From contig CAXXNF010000002.1 in assembly GCA_963666365.2 (NCBI GenBank), positions 736,001-800,000 of the forward strand: a stretch of 64,000 bases of DNA. The letters are read 5' to 3'. Under the pieces are notes generated by a model. It saw nothing but the letters and a program-made list of their open reading frames with translations, was not told the origin of the DNA and did no database searches. Shown here piece by piece: positions 1 to 9,660 of this stretch (its first letter is position 1; each line of letters begins with the position of its first letter). Made by a program: the position numbers and the translations under genes. The DNA is from Syntrophales bacterium. GTDB lineage: Bacteria > Desulfobacterota > Syntrophia > Syntrophales > UBA2210.

Positions 1-2
1 GC

Positions 3-557
3 AATGATGACGATTATGCCGACCGGATAGCACGGGAAGTAATGGCCAGGGGCGAAGCCGCTGTCGAAGAAGTAAAAGACGGCTTCGGCTTGTCGCACCG
101 GGGTGATGGAAGCGCCGTATCCGCAACCTACGGCCTTGCCATCGACACTCCGGCCACCCCGGACGGGCGCATGGACGGGGAGCCTTTCTCCGATTCAACG
201 CTGGCGCCGGCGCCGGGGCGGGACAAAAGAGGACCGACGGCCGTTCTTAAATCGGTATCCAAGATCAGCACGGTTGACACTTACAACCATCTGTTGAATC
301 AGAAGTTCCTTCCCAAGTTTCTGGAAGAAGATTTGAAGCCTGCCTTTCTCGGTTATCTCAAGACATGGAAGGAGCTTGGCGTCCCTCATATCCAGTTTAA
401 CATTGTGGACAAGCAGACGTTGATGAATGCAAAGGCCCAGCCGGAGAAGTACAGCGATCTCATTGTACGGGTTGCCGGTTTCAGCGCCTATTTTGTCGAT
501 TTGTCGGGAGGACTGCAGGATCATATTATTGCAAGAACAGAGCAGAGCTTGATCTAG
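3..557 (+). CDS. Glycyl radical enzyme (PFL2-like family), C-terminal part; 5' truncated by window edge
   Basis: Frame open from the window start (NDDDYADRIAR...). Contains ATPDGR, NQKF, HIQFN and the glycyl-radical motif LIVRVAGFSAYF. Confidence 0.93.
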   Translation, partial: NDDDYADRIAREVMARGEAAVEEVKDGFGLSHRGDGSAVSATYGLAIDTPATPDGRMDGEPFSDSTLAPAPGRDKRGPTAVLKSVSKISTVDTYNHLLNQKFLPKFLEEDLKPAFLGYLKTWKELGVPHIQFNIVDKQTLMNAKAQPEKYSDLIVRVAGFSAYFVDLSGGLQDHIIARTEQSLI

Positions 558-561
558 GCTG

Positions 562-1464
562 ATGGAAAAGGGTTTAATTTTCAACATCCAGAAATTCAGT
601 GTTCACGATGGTCCCGGTATCCGAACGACGGTTTTCATGAAGGGTTGCCCACTGGATTGTCTGTGGTGCTCCAATCCTGAATCAAAATCCTTCACGCCTG
701 TTCTTCTGGTAAGAGACATAAATTGCAGGGGTTGTGGGGCCTGCGTTGCGGCATGCCCGCGCCAGGCCATCACCATTACGAGAGAATCGGGCAGAAGGAT
801 AGACTGGGACAAGTGCAATCAATGTGTCTGCTGCGTCAGTCATTGCCTCTATGGGTCATTGGTGCAATGCGGCACGTATATGACCGTACGGGAGGTGTTC
901 GATCAGGTCATGCAGGACGAGATCTTTTACAAAAATTCCGGTGGAGGGGTCACGGTTTCCGGTGGAGAAGCCCTGTCACAGAGCGGTTTTGTATCTTCCC
1001 TGTTGGCTGAATGCAAGAAGGCCGGTCTGCACACCGTTCTCGATACCGCGGGATATGCACCTTGGAAGAATATGGCGGCCCTATTGAAATTTGTAGATTT
1101 AATCTTGTTTGATATCAAGCATCTCGATTCCGCCTTACACCGGCACTATATCGGTGTCGGGAATGAACTAATTATTAAAAACCTCAAAAAGGCGGCGGGG
1201 ATGAAAGAAATATGGCTGCGCATTCCGCTCATAAAAGGAGTTAACGATTCGATTGAACATATCACCAGAGTAGCCACGCTGGGCAGGGATATCGGTGCAC
1301 GGAAAATCTCTCTCCTGCCGTACCATGAAGGGGGACTTTCAAAATCGGAACAGTTGGGAATTGCCTATCGTTATTCAGAAGGTGAAGCGCCTGCCGATGA
1401 GTACGTGCTGGAACTCAAAGATCTCATCGAAGAAGTGGGGGTACGCGCGACAATCAACGTATAG
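562..1464 (+). CDS. Glycyl-radical enzyme activating enzyme (radical SAM with ferredoxin insert)
   Basis: HDGPGIRTTVFMKGCPLDCLWCSNPES (CxxxCxxC), two CxxCxxCxxxC motifs, GGVTVSGGE; 4 bp downstream of the GRE gene. Confidence 0.95.
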   Translation: MEKGLIFNIQKFSVHDGPGIRTTVFMKGCPLDCLWCSNPESKSFTPVLLVRDINCRGCGACVAACPRQAITITRESGRRIDWDKCNQCVCCVSHCLYGSLVQCGTYMTVREVFDQVMQDEIFYKNSGGGVTVSGGEALSQSGFVSSLLAECKKAGLHTVLDTAGYAPWKNMAALLKFVDLILFDIKHLDSALHRHYIGVGNELIIKNLKKAAGMKEIWLRIPLIKGVNDSIEHITRVATLGRDIGARKISLLPYHEGGLSKSEQLGIAYRYSEGEAPADEYVLELKDLIEEVGVRATINV

Positions 1465-1537
1465 GTATGCCAAAATATCGTTACTGTCATGGGAACTGAC
1501 GTGCAGTTTCCCGGGCAGCCTACAAAAAAAGAACAGA

Positions 1538-1640
1538 TTCTCGCGCAGAGACGCAGGAACGTTGAGGACAAAGGAAATGAAAACAATGTGGTTCTCTGCA
1601 TCCCGCGTCTTGCGGGAGAAAATGAATCAGTTGAGTAGAA
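1538..1640. repeat. ~100 bp imperfect-palindromic dispersed repeat, copy 1
   Basis: Its reverse complement (caactgattcattttctcccgcaagacgc...cctgcgtctctgcgcgagaa) aligns by eye with 51367-51468. Confidence 0.8.
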
Positions 1641-1675
1641 ATGCCAAAATCGCCTTCTCCCATGAAAGAAGTGGG

Positions 1676-3367
1676 TTATGGCGTGCTTCTTTTGAGTTCC
1701 TCTTCAAGAAGCACTCTTCTCAATACCTTGCCGGCGCCGCTCATGGGCAGGTCGTCTCTGAATTCTACAGTTTTGGGCACCTTGTAAGGCGAGATGCCCT
1801 GTTTTGCCCATGCTATTATTCCGTCGGCCGTGACGGTATCCTTGAACGGGGCTTTCGGTACGATAAAGGCCTTGATGACTTGCTGTCCGGCAGGCCGATG
1901 ACGGCAGCTCTGTCCACGGCTTCATGGCGGCAGAGAAAGAGTTCCACTTCTTCGGGGAATACACTGAACCCCGATGTATTTATCATTTCCTTCTCCCTGC
2001 CAAGAAAATAGAGGTAGCCTTCTTCATCGAATTTACCCATATCCCCTGTATAGACCCATCCGTCGATAAGCGAGTCGTTCGTTTCCTCCGGTTTGTTCCA
2101 GTAGCCTTTGAACACGGCAGGATGATTAAGCGCGATCTCGCCCATTTCTCCTACCAGAACTTCCCAGGTTCTGTCCTCGAACGATACCATTTTGATGCCG
2201 GCGCCGGGATTGGGAATGCCCTGCCAGCCTTGTCCGTACTTGTGCTTGTCAAGGAGGATGAAGGTAGCGAAGGTGTCGGTTTTGGAAGGACCGTAGGCGG
2301 TTTCCACCAGAATACATCCGCCGGTGTCATCCTTCCAACGCTTTGCAATTTTTTCGGTAATCTGAACCCCGAAGCTGGTGGTCAGGCAGAGCTTAAGGGT
2401 TGATATGTCATAATTCTTCCTGTCCGGATGATCCATTATGCCGATATTCATGGGAACAGTAGCCTGAAAATAGTTGATATTATAGCGTTCGAGTGCCTGC
2501 ATGGCAGCTACGGGATCGAACATGACCATGAGGACCTGTGTGCTTCCCAGTGCGATCTGCCTGTCCACGCTCGATAGCATGCCGGCAATATGAAAGGTCG
2601 GAAGAATCGAGAGGCAGGAGATCGAATACCCACGGTATCTGGCAAATTCAAAACCAGCCTTGATTATGGTTATCATGTTGGCTATTTTAAAAAGTTTCGC
2701 GCCGTGAGTGAGGATGGCGCCCTTGGGAAGACCGGTAGTACCGCCCGTATACTGAAACTGGACTATGTCGTCGAGATCAACGTCGATCTGCACGGGTTCC
2801 GCCGGGAACTGCGACATGATATCCATGAATTCGATGGGCCCCTCATGGGTCATTTAGGAAACTCCATCATGGGGATCAGATTCATGGTTGTTGTGTCCGG
2901 GAGAAAATCATGCATACTGGTGACAACAACCTTTCCCAGATTTCATTCCTTACCGGCGACCGCAGCAACGGGATACAGAAGATCGAGAGAGACAACCGCC
3001 TTTGCGCCTGAATCCTGGAGTTCATAGGCCAGTTCCCATTCTTTGAAGACAGGACTGCAGGGAACTATTACTCCGCCCATCTTGTTGATGCCGTAGTGGG
3101 CAATATGATACTGGGGCAACTGGGAAGAAAGAGTGCAATGCGATCAACTTTTTTCAATCCTGAATCGACAAGAAAACGGGCGAATCGTTCGGACATGTCG
3201 TTCAGTTCGCCGTAGGTGACCTTTCTGCCGTAAAAGATCAAAGCAGTCCTGTCAGGATACTCCTTTGCATTATCGCGTAAATATTCAAAAATGGGTTTTT
3301 TATCTTTTGTGTATAGAGTTTCCTTGGGAAGAAAGTCAGGCCAACTTTTCATCCATATCTTGTCCAT
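1676..3367 (-). pseudogene. Long-chain acyl-CoA ligase pseudogene
   Basis: RBS GAGGAGG then ATG at 3367 (MDKIWMKSWP). Frameshift in a C-run at FLPSCP/QYHIAHYG and an internal stop. Core in ORF 1816-2853 (YTGGTTGLPKG, YTGDMG). A further frameshift precedes the C-terminal VIKAFIV...SPYKVPKTVEFRDDLPMSGAGKVLRR, ending TAA at 1676. Confidence 0.88.
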
Positions 3368-5850
3368 ATGAGCCTCCTCTTCCAATTCCCTGACATTGCC
3401 GGGCCATTCAAAAAAAAGCAGTTTTTCCGTTTCCTGATGGTTGATATTCTCCAGTGGTTTGTTGAATTTCTGGGCATAGAGGGTAAGAAAATAGTGGACC
3501 AGGAATGGAATATCCTCTTTTCTTTCACTGAGGCTCGGCACATTGATGGGAAAAACGTTGAGCTGGTAGTACAGATCCTGGCGAAACCGGCCGATTTCGA
3601 CCTCCTTCGCAAGATCACGGTTGGTTGCTGCCAACAGGCGAAAGTCGGATCTCAACGTTTCGTGCCCTCCCACACGTTCGAACTCTCCGCTCTGAAGCAC
3701 CCGCAGCAGTCTGACCTGAGTCTCCATAGAAATATCGCCGATTTCATCGAGAAATATCGTTCCACCGTTAGCCAGCTCGAATCTTCCCATGTGCCGTGTC
3801 GTTGCACCCGTGAATGCGCCATTTTCATGGCCGAAGAGTTCGCTGGAGATAAGGCTTTCAGACAAGGCGCTGCAATGGACTCGTATGAAAGGTTTTCCGT
3901 TGCGGGGACTATGACGGTGAATCGATCGAGCCACCATTTCCTTGCCGACGCCGGTTTCTCCAAGAATCAAAACGGTGGCATCGGTCTCAGCCACCTGATC
4001 TCTCTGGCTGAATACCTTCATGATGGCCGGGCTTTTTCCTATAAAGTCTTTAAAATGAATTGTCTCGATATATTCCTTTTCGTAATATTGCTTTTCTATC
4101 GCCTGTTTTTCGTACAAGTCATTCAAGGCCTTCCAGGCGTCGGCATTATCTATTGCAATGGCAGCCTGTGCTGCAAAAATAATTCAGAATGTCCAGATCC
4201 GACTCTCTGAAGGCGCTGCAAAACAGCCTGTTGTCGTGGGATAACACGCCCACGGTTTTATTACGAATGGTCATGGGAACGCATATGCACGAACGAATTG
4301 AGTCGACGCCTGCGGAACCAGGTTCATTTCGAATATCCAATTCTCTGATTCGACCCTTGCCCGATTTTATTGTCTCATCAATCAGTCTCATTGACATCAC
4401 GAATCCCGGATTGCGGATGTCTTCTCCGGTAAGGTTTTTTGCGGCCCTTAGAACAATATTTTTCCTGGCATCGTTTTCCACAAGAAATATCGCACCCTGT
4501 TCCGTCCACGTAATTCTATTTATCGTCGAAATAACAGGTCGAGACAGATCCCTGTAATTGCGAATCGTAGTTAATTCCTGGCTTAATCGCAAAATTTCCT
4601 CGAGAAGATTTTTACCGTACCGAAGGTCCTTTACAAGGGTCGAATATCATCGGGCACCAGCGCATCATTGAACGAATAGAGACCCCGCGCTGCCGTTTCT
4701 ACCCACTCCATGGCCTTCTTCCGCTTGCCGAACAGAAGATATTCCCTGGCCAGTTCTACCTTTGATTTTGCCAGCTCTATCTGATGGCCGCAGCTTTCAA
4801 GATAGGAAACGGATCGTTTGAGAGCATGTATGACATGTGTGGTCTCTGCACCTTCCTTCCTTTGTTGCAGTGTGCTGTAGCGATAGGCAACGCCCTTCAT
4901 CAGCAAATTGCCGCTTTCAATGGAATAGTGAATATCCTCTTACAGGGACATACCATCAACATGGGAAAATGTTCCCTCCTCCATCGCCCAAAAGATTAAC
5001 ATCCACAGGGCGCTGAACTTGACCGTCATGCAGACCTTTCCACTGAGGTCGAAATATTTCTGCAGGGCTGAAAGCGCCCGCTTGTGATCATTGAGCAGAT
5101 GCGAGGCATAGCATAGCAATGCCAATCCTCCAAGATGCGTATAGGTGTTGCGGCTTTTTATTGAATCTTCCAGAGACTCTTCAATGTAATGCAGGGCTTC
5201 CCCGGGTCGGTGAAGCTCAAGAAGCAAATAGCCTATCTATGTTCCCGCCAGCCCTATAACGGAAAAATTGCCGATATTGCGGCCATGCTCCCGAATGGCA
5301 TGGAGCATACCCAGCGCCTGAGAATACAGTCCCGTATGGCCCACACAGACTCCTGCGGTTAAGGCGGCTGAAAGAGGCAGGCTGTCTTTGGGAGAGGTGT
5401 CTTTCACATCTGGGACGAGGGTCTCGTAATTCTGAACGACCTCTCGATAATGTCCCGACCAGTAATTGAAAAACATGCCGAAAATTGTTGCCGATCGTTG
5501 AATGGTAGGATCGTCTATTTCCCGGGCCAATGCCCACACTTGCTTGAAATGGTGCAGCGTCGGGCGGTAAAGGGAACGAAGCCACTCGCTTTTGCCCAGA
5601 TGCATCTCAAGAAAGCCCAAAGAGTTTTTTTGCCCACAAGCTTTTGCGCGGCCCATGGCCTCTCGTATGACTGAGATTACCCGAGTCGGGTCTGTGTTAT
5701 CGGCGGAAACTTTGGCATATTGGAGCGCCGCTTCAATAAAAAGCTGATCGGCTTCATGCCCTCGGATTATTTTGAGGTCATCAATCACCTTATCATAATA
5801 GAATGGTACTGGCTGACTTCTTCCTTGGATGCGATCTTCTTTTGACTCAT
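3368..5850 (-). pseudogene. Large sigma54-dependent activator (helical N-terminus + GAF + AAA+) pseudogene, HTH deleted
   Basis: Fragments 5237-5788, 4940-5227, 4631-4906, 4146-4592 (GAF-like: SIRSCICVPM) and 3368-4126 ([37 protein letters not shown]). Stops and frameshifts lie between them; the sequence ends abruptly after RELE. Confidence 0.87.
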
Positions 5851-6130
5851 GGGTGCCTCGTCAGAGGATCTTCCCCTACCCCAAGTTCAAGGGATGACGG
5901 TACCCCGGTTTCCGGGTTTTCTCCGCTTACATACGCATTCATATTCGTTCATAGGGTTTGTGCAACGGGATACATCTTGTACACTTTCCCAATGTGAATG
6001 TCAACGTATGCGACCCTAAGCTCGATGAAAATCTGGAGAAAAAGACATTGCTCTTTGGGTAGTAAAAAAGGATTACAGGCGGGAGTTTACTTTCGAATGT
6101 TTTGTGTGCTTGTGTGTTACTAGGTATGGA

Positions 6131-6165
6131 AGCTGGAGGGACGGAAAAAATCCCCCCCTCCAGCT
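6131..6165 (-). terminator. Hairpin downstream of carboxyltransferase
   Basis: agctggaggg...ccctccagct inverted repeat; no clear U-tract. Confidence 0.45.
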
Positions 6166-6195
6166 GTCGGAAACGAAGGGGCGGCAGGTTTATAC

Positions 6196-7752
6196 TTAAA
6201 ACTTAGTGGGCCAGTTGGCGAGTTTATGTTCGCTTATTCCCCTTGTTTTGGAGAAGTCCTGCGATTGTTGCAGCACCCTTATGATATGGTTCCGTGTATC
6301 ACGGGGATCGATTATATCATGGATAAAGTGCAGGCCGGCGGCGCCGTAAGGGTCAGTTCCCTCGGCCATCTTTGCTACCCGCTCCTCCTGTTCCTCCGGT
6401 GTCTTCGCCGGCGTGCCCCCGAAGACCACGTTTGCCGCAATTACCGGATCGACGAAGCTCATTTCCGCCGTAGGCCATGCGACAATTGAATCGGCGCCGC
6501 TGCCGGAGCCGCACATGTTCCAAAACGCCATGCCGTAGGCCTTTCTCACAATTACGGTAATCTTGGGTACCGTCAGAAGTCCCAGGGCGTTCATGAAATT
6601 CATGACGTGGGCACCTACCCGCTTACGCTCCGCCTCTCTTCCTACAAGAAATCCCGGAATGTCTTCCATGAAGACAAGGGGAATGTTGAAGGAATCACAC
6701 AGGCAGAGAAAACTCATGACTTTTTCGATGCCGTCCGTATCCATGGCGCCTGAGTTAAACCGGGGCTGATTCGCCACGATGCCGATCACCCTGCCGTCGA
6801 TGCGGGCAAGCGTGGTGATGACCGTCTGCCCGAAGAGGGGCTTGATAGGAAAGAGGCTGTTCGTGTCGACAATGCACTTCAAAAGCTGGTTCATGTCGTA
6901 GGTGCGGTTTCTTTTTTCCGGCAGCAAATCCAGAATGTGGGGCATGTTGGTACCGGAGTCTTCCGGCACGGGCGCCCTGGGGGGGAGTTCCTCGTTATGC
7001 GCGGGCATATAACTTAGATAATCACGAATAATTTGCATGCACTCGTCTTCGCTTTCGGCCGCGCGATCGGCCATGCCCGTCACCCGGGAATGCAGCTGCC
7101 AGCCCCCCAGTTCCTCGTCGGTGATGTTCTCACCCAGGGCGATTGAAAGAATGCGGGGACCAGATACACCCATAGCAGTACCTTTTACCATGACGACAAA
7201 ATCCGAAAGACAGGCCATCCAGGTCGGTTCACCGTAACATTTGCCCAGCACAGCCGTAACCAGCGGCGTTTCACGAACCCGGCTCATCATCTGAAGAAAG
7301 GTAGTGCGACCGCCGCCGCCGTAGGAGGCGAGTCCCCCCGATCCCATGATATCGGGCATCCGTGCCCCGCCTGCCTCGCCAAGGTAGATAACAGGAAATC
7401 CGTGTCGAATTGCTGTTTCTCTCACATCGTGTTCTTTTCGTCCGGCAATGCGGCTCGACGTTGCGCCCAGGACGGTAAAGTCTGCGGCAAGTACGGCGAC
7501 GGGCCGGCCGTTAATCATTCCATAGCCGCCGACTTTGCTGTCGGCAGGGCTCTTATCTTCCATTCCCGGCATGTCTGAGTGATTCAACATGCCGACTTCA
7601 GCAAATGAACCATCATCGACAAGTCTATCGATGCGCTCACGAGCGGTGTATTTACCCTCAGCATGCTGTTTGGCAATCTTTTTTTCCCCGCCCATCATAA
7701 GGGCCTTTTTCTTACGGCGGCTCAATTCCTCCATCTGCTGTTCAAAGGGCAT
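6196..7752 (-). CDS. Acyl-CoA carboxyltransferase (methylmalonyl-/glutaconyl-CoA decarboxylase alpha or PCC beta type)
   Basis: GKYTARERIDRLVD, GGARMPD, TTLARIDGRVIGIVANQP, EDIPGFLVG, RKAYG. RBS AAGGAGG before ATG 7752 (MPFEQQ). Confidence 0.92.
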   Translation of the reverse strand: MPFEQQMEELSRRKKKALMMGGEKKIAKQHAEGKYTARERIDRLVDDGSFAEVGMLNHSDMPGMEDKSPADSKVGGYGMINGRPVAVLAADFTVLGATSSRIAGRKEHDVRETAIRHGFPVIYLGEAGGARMPDIMGSGGLASYGGGGRTTFLQMMSRVRETPLVTAVLGKCYGEPTWMACLSDFVVMVKGTAMGVSGPRILSIALGENITDEELGGWQLHSRVTGMADRAAESEDECMQIIRDYLSYMPAHNEELPPRAPVPEDSGTNMPHILDLLPEKRNRTYDMNQLLKCIVDTNSLFPIKPLFGQTVITTLARIDGRVIGIVANQPRFNSGAMDTDGIEKVMSFLCLCDSFNIPLVFMEDIPGFLVGREAERKRVGAHVMNFMNALGLLTVPKITVIVRKAYGMAFWNMCGSGSGADSIVAWPTAEMSFVDPVIAANVVFGGTPAKTPEEQEERVAKMAEGTDPYGAAGLHFIHDIIDPRDTRNHIIRVLQQSQDFSKTRGISEHKLANWPTKF

Positions 7753-7896
7753 GGTAGAAGCTTCCTCCTTCTTTGGTGTAGTGTAGGTAATGATACAAAA
7801 ATAATTATGGGGAAAATCCCCATTGTGCGATATCAAAGTATGAGGGTACACTTTCCATAGATCAGGTCCCCACCGGGGTCAATTGGGTGGTGTGTC

Positions 7897-9240
7897 CTAT
7901 CCCAGGATTCCGATAAAGACGCCGCCTGCGATGGCGGCGCCGATGGCGCCGGCCACGTTGGGTCCCATGGCGTGCATCAGGAGGAAGTTCTGCTTGTTTT
8001 CCTTCTGTCCCATCACCTGAACGACCCGTGCCGACATGGGGACGGCAGAGACGCCCGCCCCGCCGATCATGGGATTGATTTTCTCTTTCAGGAAGAGATT
8101 CATGATCTTTGCCAGAATCACGCCGGCGGCGGCGGCGCTGGCAAAGGAAACCACGCCGAGAACCAGTATGAGGAGCGTGTCCACCCGAAGGAAGTTTTCC
8201 GCCGACATGGTGCCGCCGATGGCAAGGGTCAGAAAGATGGTCAGCATGTCGATGAACACCGTCTGCGCCGTCTTGCTGAGCCGTTCAACCACCCCGCTCT
8301 CGCGAAAGAGATTGCCCACCATGAAACAGCCGATCAGGGGCGCCGAGTCGGGCACGAAGAGGATCACCACGATGGCGGTCACGATGGGGAAGAGGATCTT
8401 TTCCAGCTTCGACACCTTGCGAAGCTGGGGTTTCATGTAAATGGACCGCTCCTTCTTGGTCGTCAAAAGTTTGATAACCGGGGGAAGGATCAGCGGCACC
8501 AGGGCCATGTAGGAATAGCAGGCCACGGCGGTGGCGCCGATAATATGGGGCGCGAGCCGGGCCGTCACATAGATCGTGGTGGGGCCCTCGGCCCCGCCGA
8601 TTATGCCGATGGAACTTGCCTCAGGAAGGGTGAACCCACAGAAAATTGCCAGAAAAAAGGCGAAATACACGCCGAACTGCGCCGCCGCACCCAGGAGCAG
8701 CGTCTTGGGATTGGCCAGCATGGGGCCGAAATCGGTCAGCGCCCCCAGACAGAGAAATATCAGCGGGGGAAGAATCTGCCACATGATGCCGAAGGCGAAA
8801 AAGCGAGAAAGAAGCCCCACGGGCCGGGTGGGAATCTTCTCCTGATCCGTCTGCTGTGTCGTCACGATGACCGCCACCACATCGCCCGCATCGACTCTCT
8901 GGTTCTCCGTCACCCTGAACTTCGCGACCCGCCCGTAGACGGGGGAAGTGATCTCCCCGGCATCGGTCGCGACAATGGCCGCGCCGCACTCGAAGCTGTC
9001 CCCCCGCTCCACGGAGAGCCGGCTGACCATTCCCGGACTCGGGGCCCTGAGCGTGTATTCGTAGTCCATGAGCCCCCCCATGGGAAGATTGACCAGCATG
9101 ATGCCGAAGCCGATGGGCAGCAGCAGAAGGGGCTCCATCTTTTTGCCGATGGCAAGATATATGAGGACGCAGCCGATGATGATCATCAGGACGTTGCCCC
9201 AGGTAATATACTGAAAACCGCTTTCTAATAAACCGAACAC
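7897..9240 (-). CDS. Na+-translocating decarboxylase beta subunit (OadB/MmdB/GcdB family), atypical
   Basis: EPLLLLPIGFG, LGALTDFGP, LLGAAAQFG, IGIIGGAEGPT, YSYMALVP, NPMIGGAGVSAVPMSAR, NFLLMHAMGPNVAG; insertion at about aa 62-127. Confidence 0.95.
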   Translation of the reverse strand: MFGLLESGFQYITWGNVLMIIIGCVLIYLAIGKKMEPLLLLPIGFGIMLVNLPMGGLMDYEYTLRAPSPGMVSRLSVERGDSFECGAAIVATDAGEITSPVYGRVAKFRVTENQRVDAGDVVAVIVTTQQTDQEKIPTRPVGLLSRFFAFGIMWQILPPLIFLCLGALTDFGPMLANPKTLLLGAAAQFGVYFAFFLAIFCGFTLPEASSIGIIGGAEGPTTIYVTARLAPHIIGATAVACYSYMALVPLILPPVIKLLTTKKERSIYMKPQLRKVSKLEKILFPIVTAIVVILFVPDSAPLIGCFMVGNLFRESGVVERLSKTAQTVFIDMLTIFLTLAIGGTMSAENFLRVDTLLILVLGVVSFASAAAAGVILAKIMNLFLKEKINPMIGGAGVSAVPMSARVVQVMGQKENKQNFLLMHAMGPNVAGAIGAAIAGGVFIGILG

Positions 9241-9263
9241 GTGTGTACCTCCCGGAATCCGCG

Positions 9264-9401
9264 TTACTCGCTTCTCGATTTTGATATCTTTTCAGTGACG
9301 ACCTTTGTCACCCATACCGTAAATGACAAGAGGATGAGGAGAATAAATACCAGGCCGAAACCGCCGACGGCTATCTTGAGCGCCAATCCCATATCCACCA
9401 T
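9264..9401 (-). CDS. 45-aa single-TM decarboxylase gamma/delta-like subunit (OadG/MmdD family); absent from ORF track
   Basis: MVDMGLALKIAVGGFGLVFILLILLSFTVWVTKVVTEKISKSRSE*. Resembles the G-x-x-x-VF-x-x-L-x-x-L N-terminal pattern of OadG. RBS AAAGGA; 23 bp upstream of the beta gene. Confidence 0.75.
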   Translation of the reverse strand: MVDMGLALKIAVGGFGLVFILLILLSFTVWVTKVVTEKISKSRSE

Positions 9402-9660
9402 TATTTTAGTATCCTTTCCCGGGGAACTCACAATATGGAAGCACCTGAATTAGTGTTGTCCCGATACATCTCGATGGGGGTTCCGGCACCTAATTCCTGG
9501 TGGTTTCATATGCATTTAAAAAATAATTGTCCTTATGGTACGTGCCAAATAGCGAAAACAGAAATTATCTCTATAATTCAATATGATATGACTATACAAT
9601 TTGTCTCGCACGAGAATGATAAAACGACAATTTATGAACACACTATATTTCGTGATATTC

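Noticed and set aside
1295..2011. 238-aa ORF spanning the activase end and intergenic repeat
   Set aside because: Overlaps the activase out of frame and the ligase pseudogene antisense; no family signal.
3068..4126. Novel functional sigma54-activator/ligase fusion protein
   Set aside because: The junction retains the ligase RBS and both halves are truncated or frameshifted; better explained as a deletion scar.
7972..9228. 418-aa plus-strand ORF
   Set aside because: Antisense shadow of the GC-rich beta-subunit gene; His/Gly/Arg-rich with no motifs.
9530..9549. sigma54 promoter (TTGGCACG) upstream of the decarboxylase genes; similar TGGCA words near 18970 and 62530
   Set aside because: No TTGC -12 element at the required spacing.
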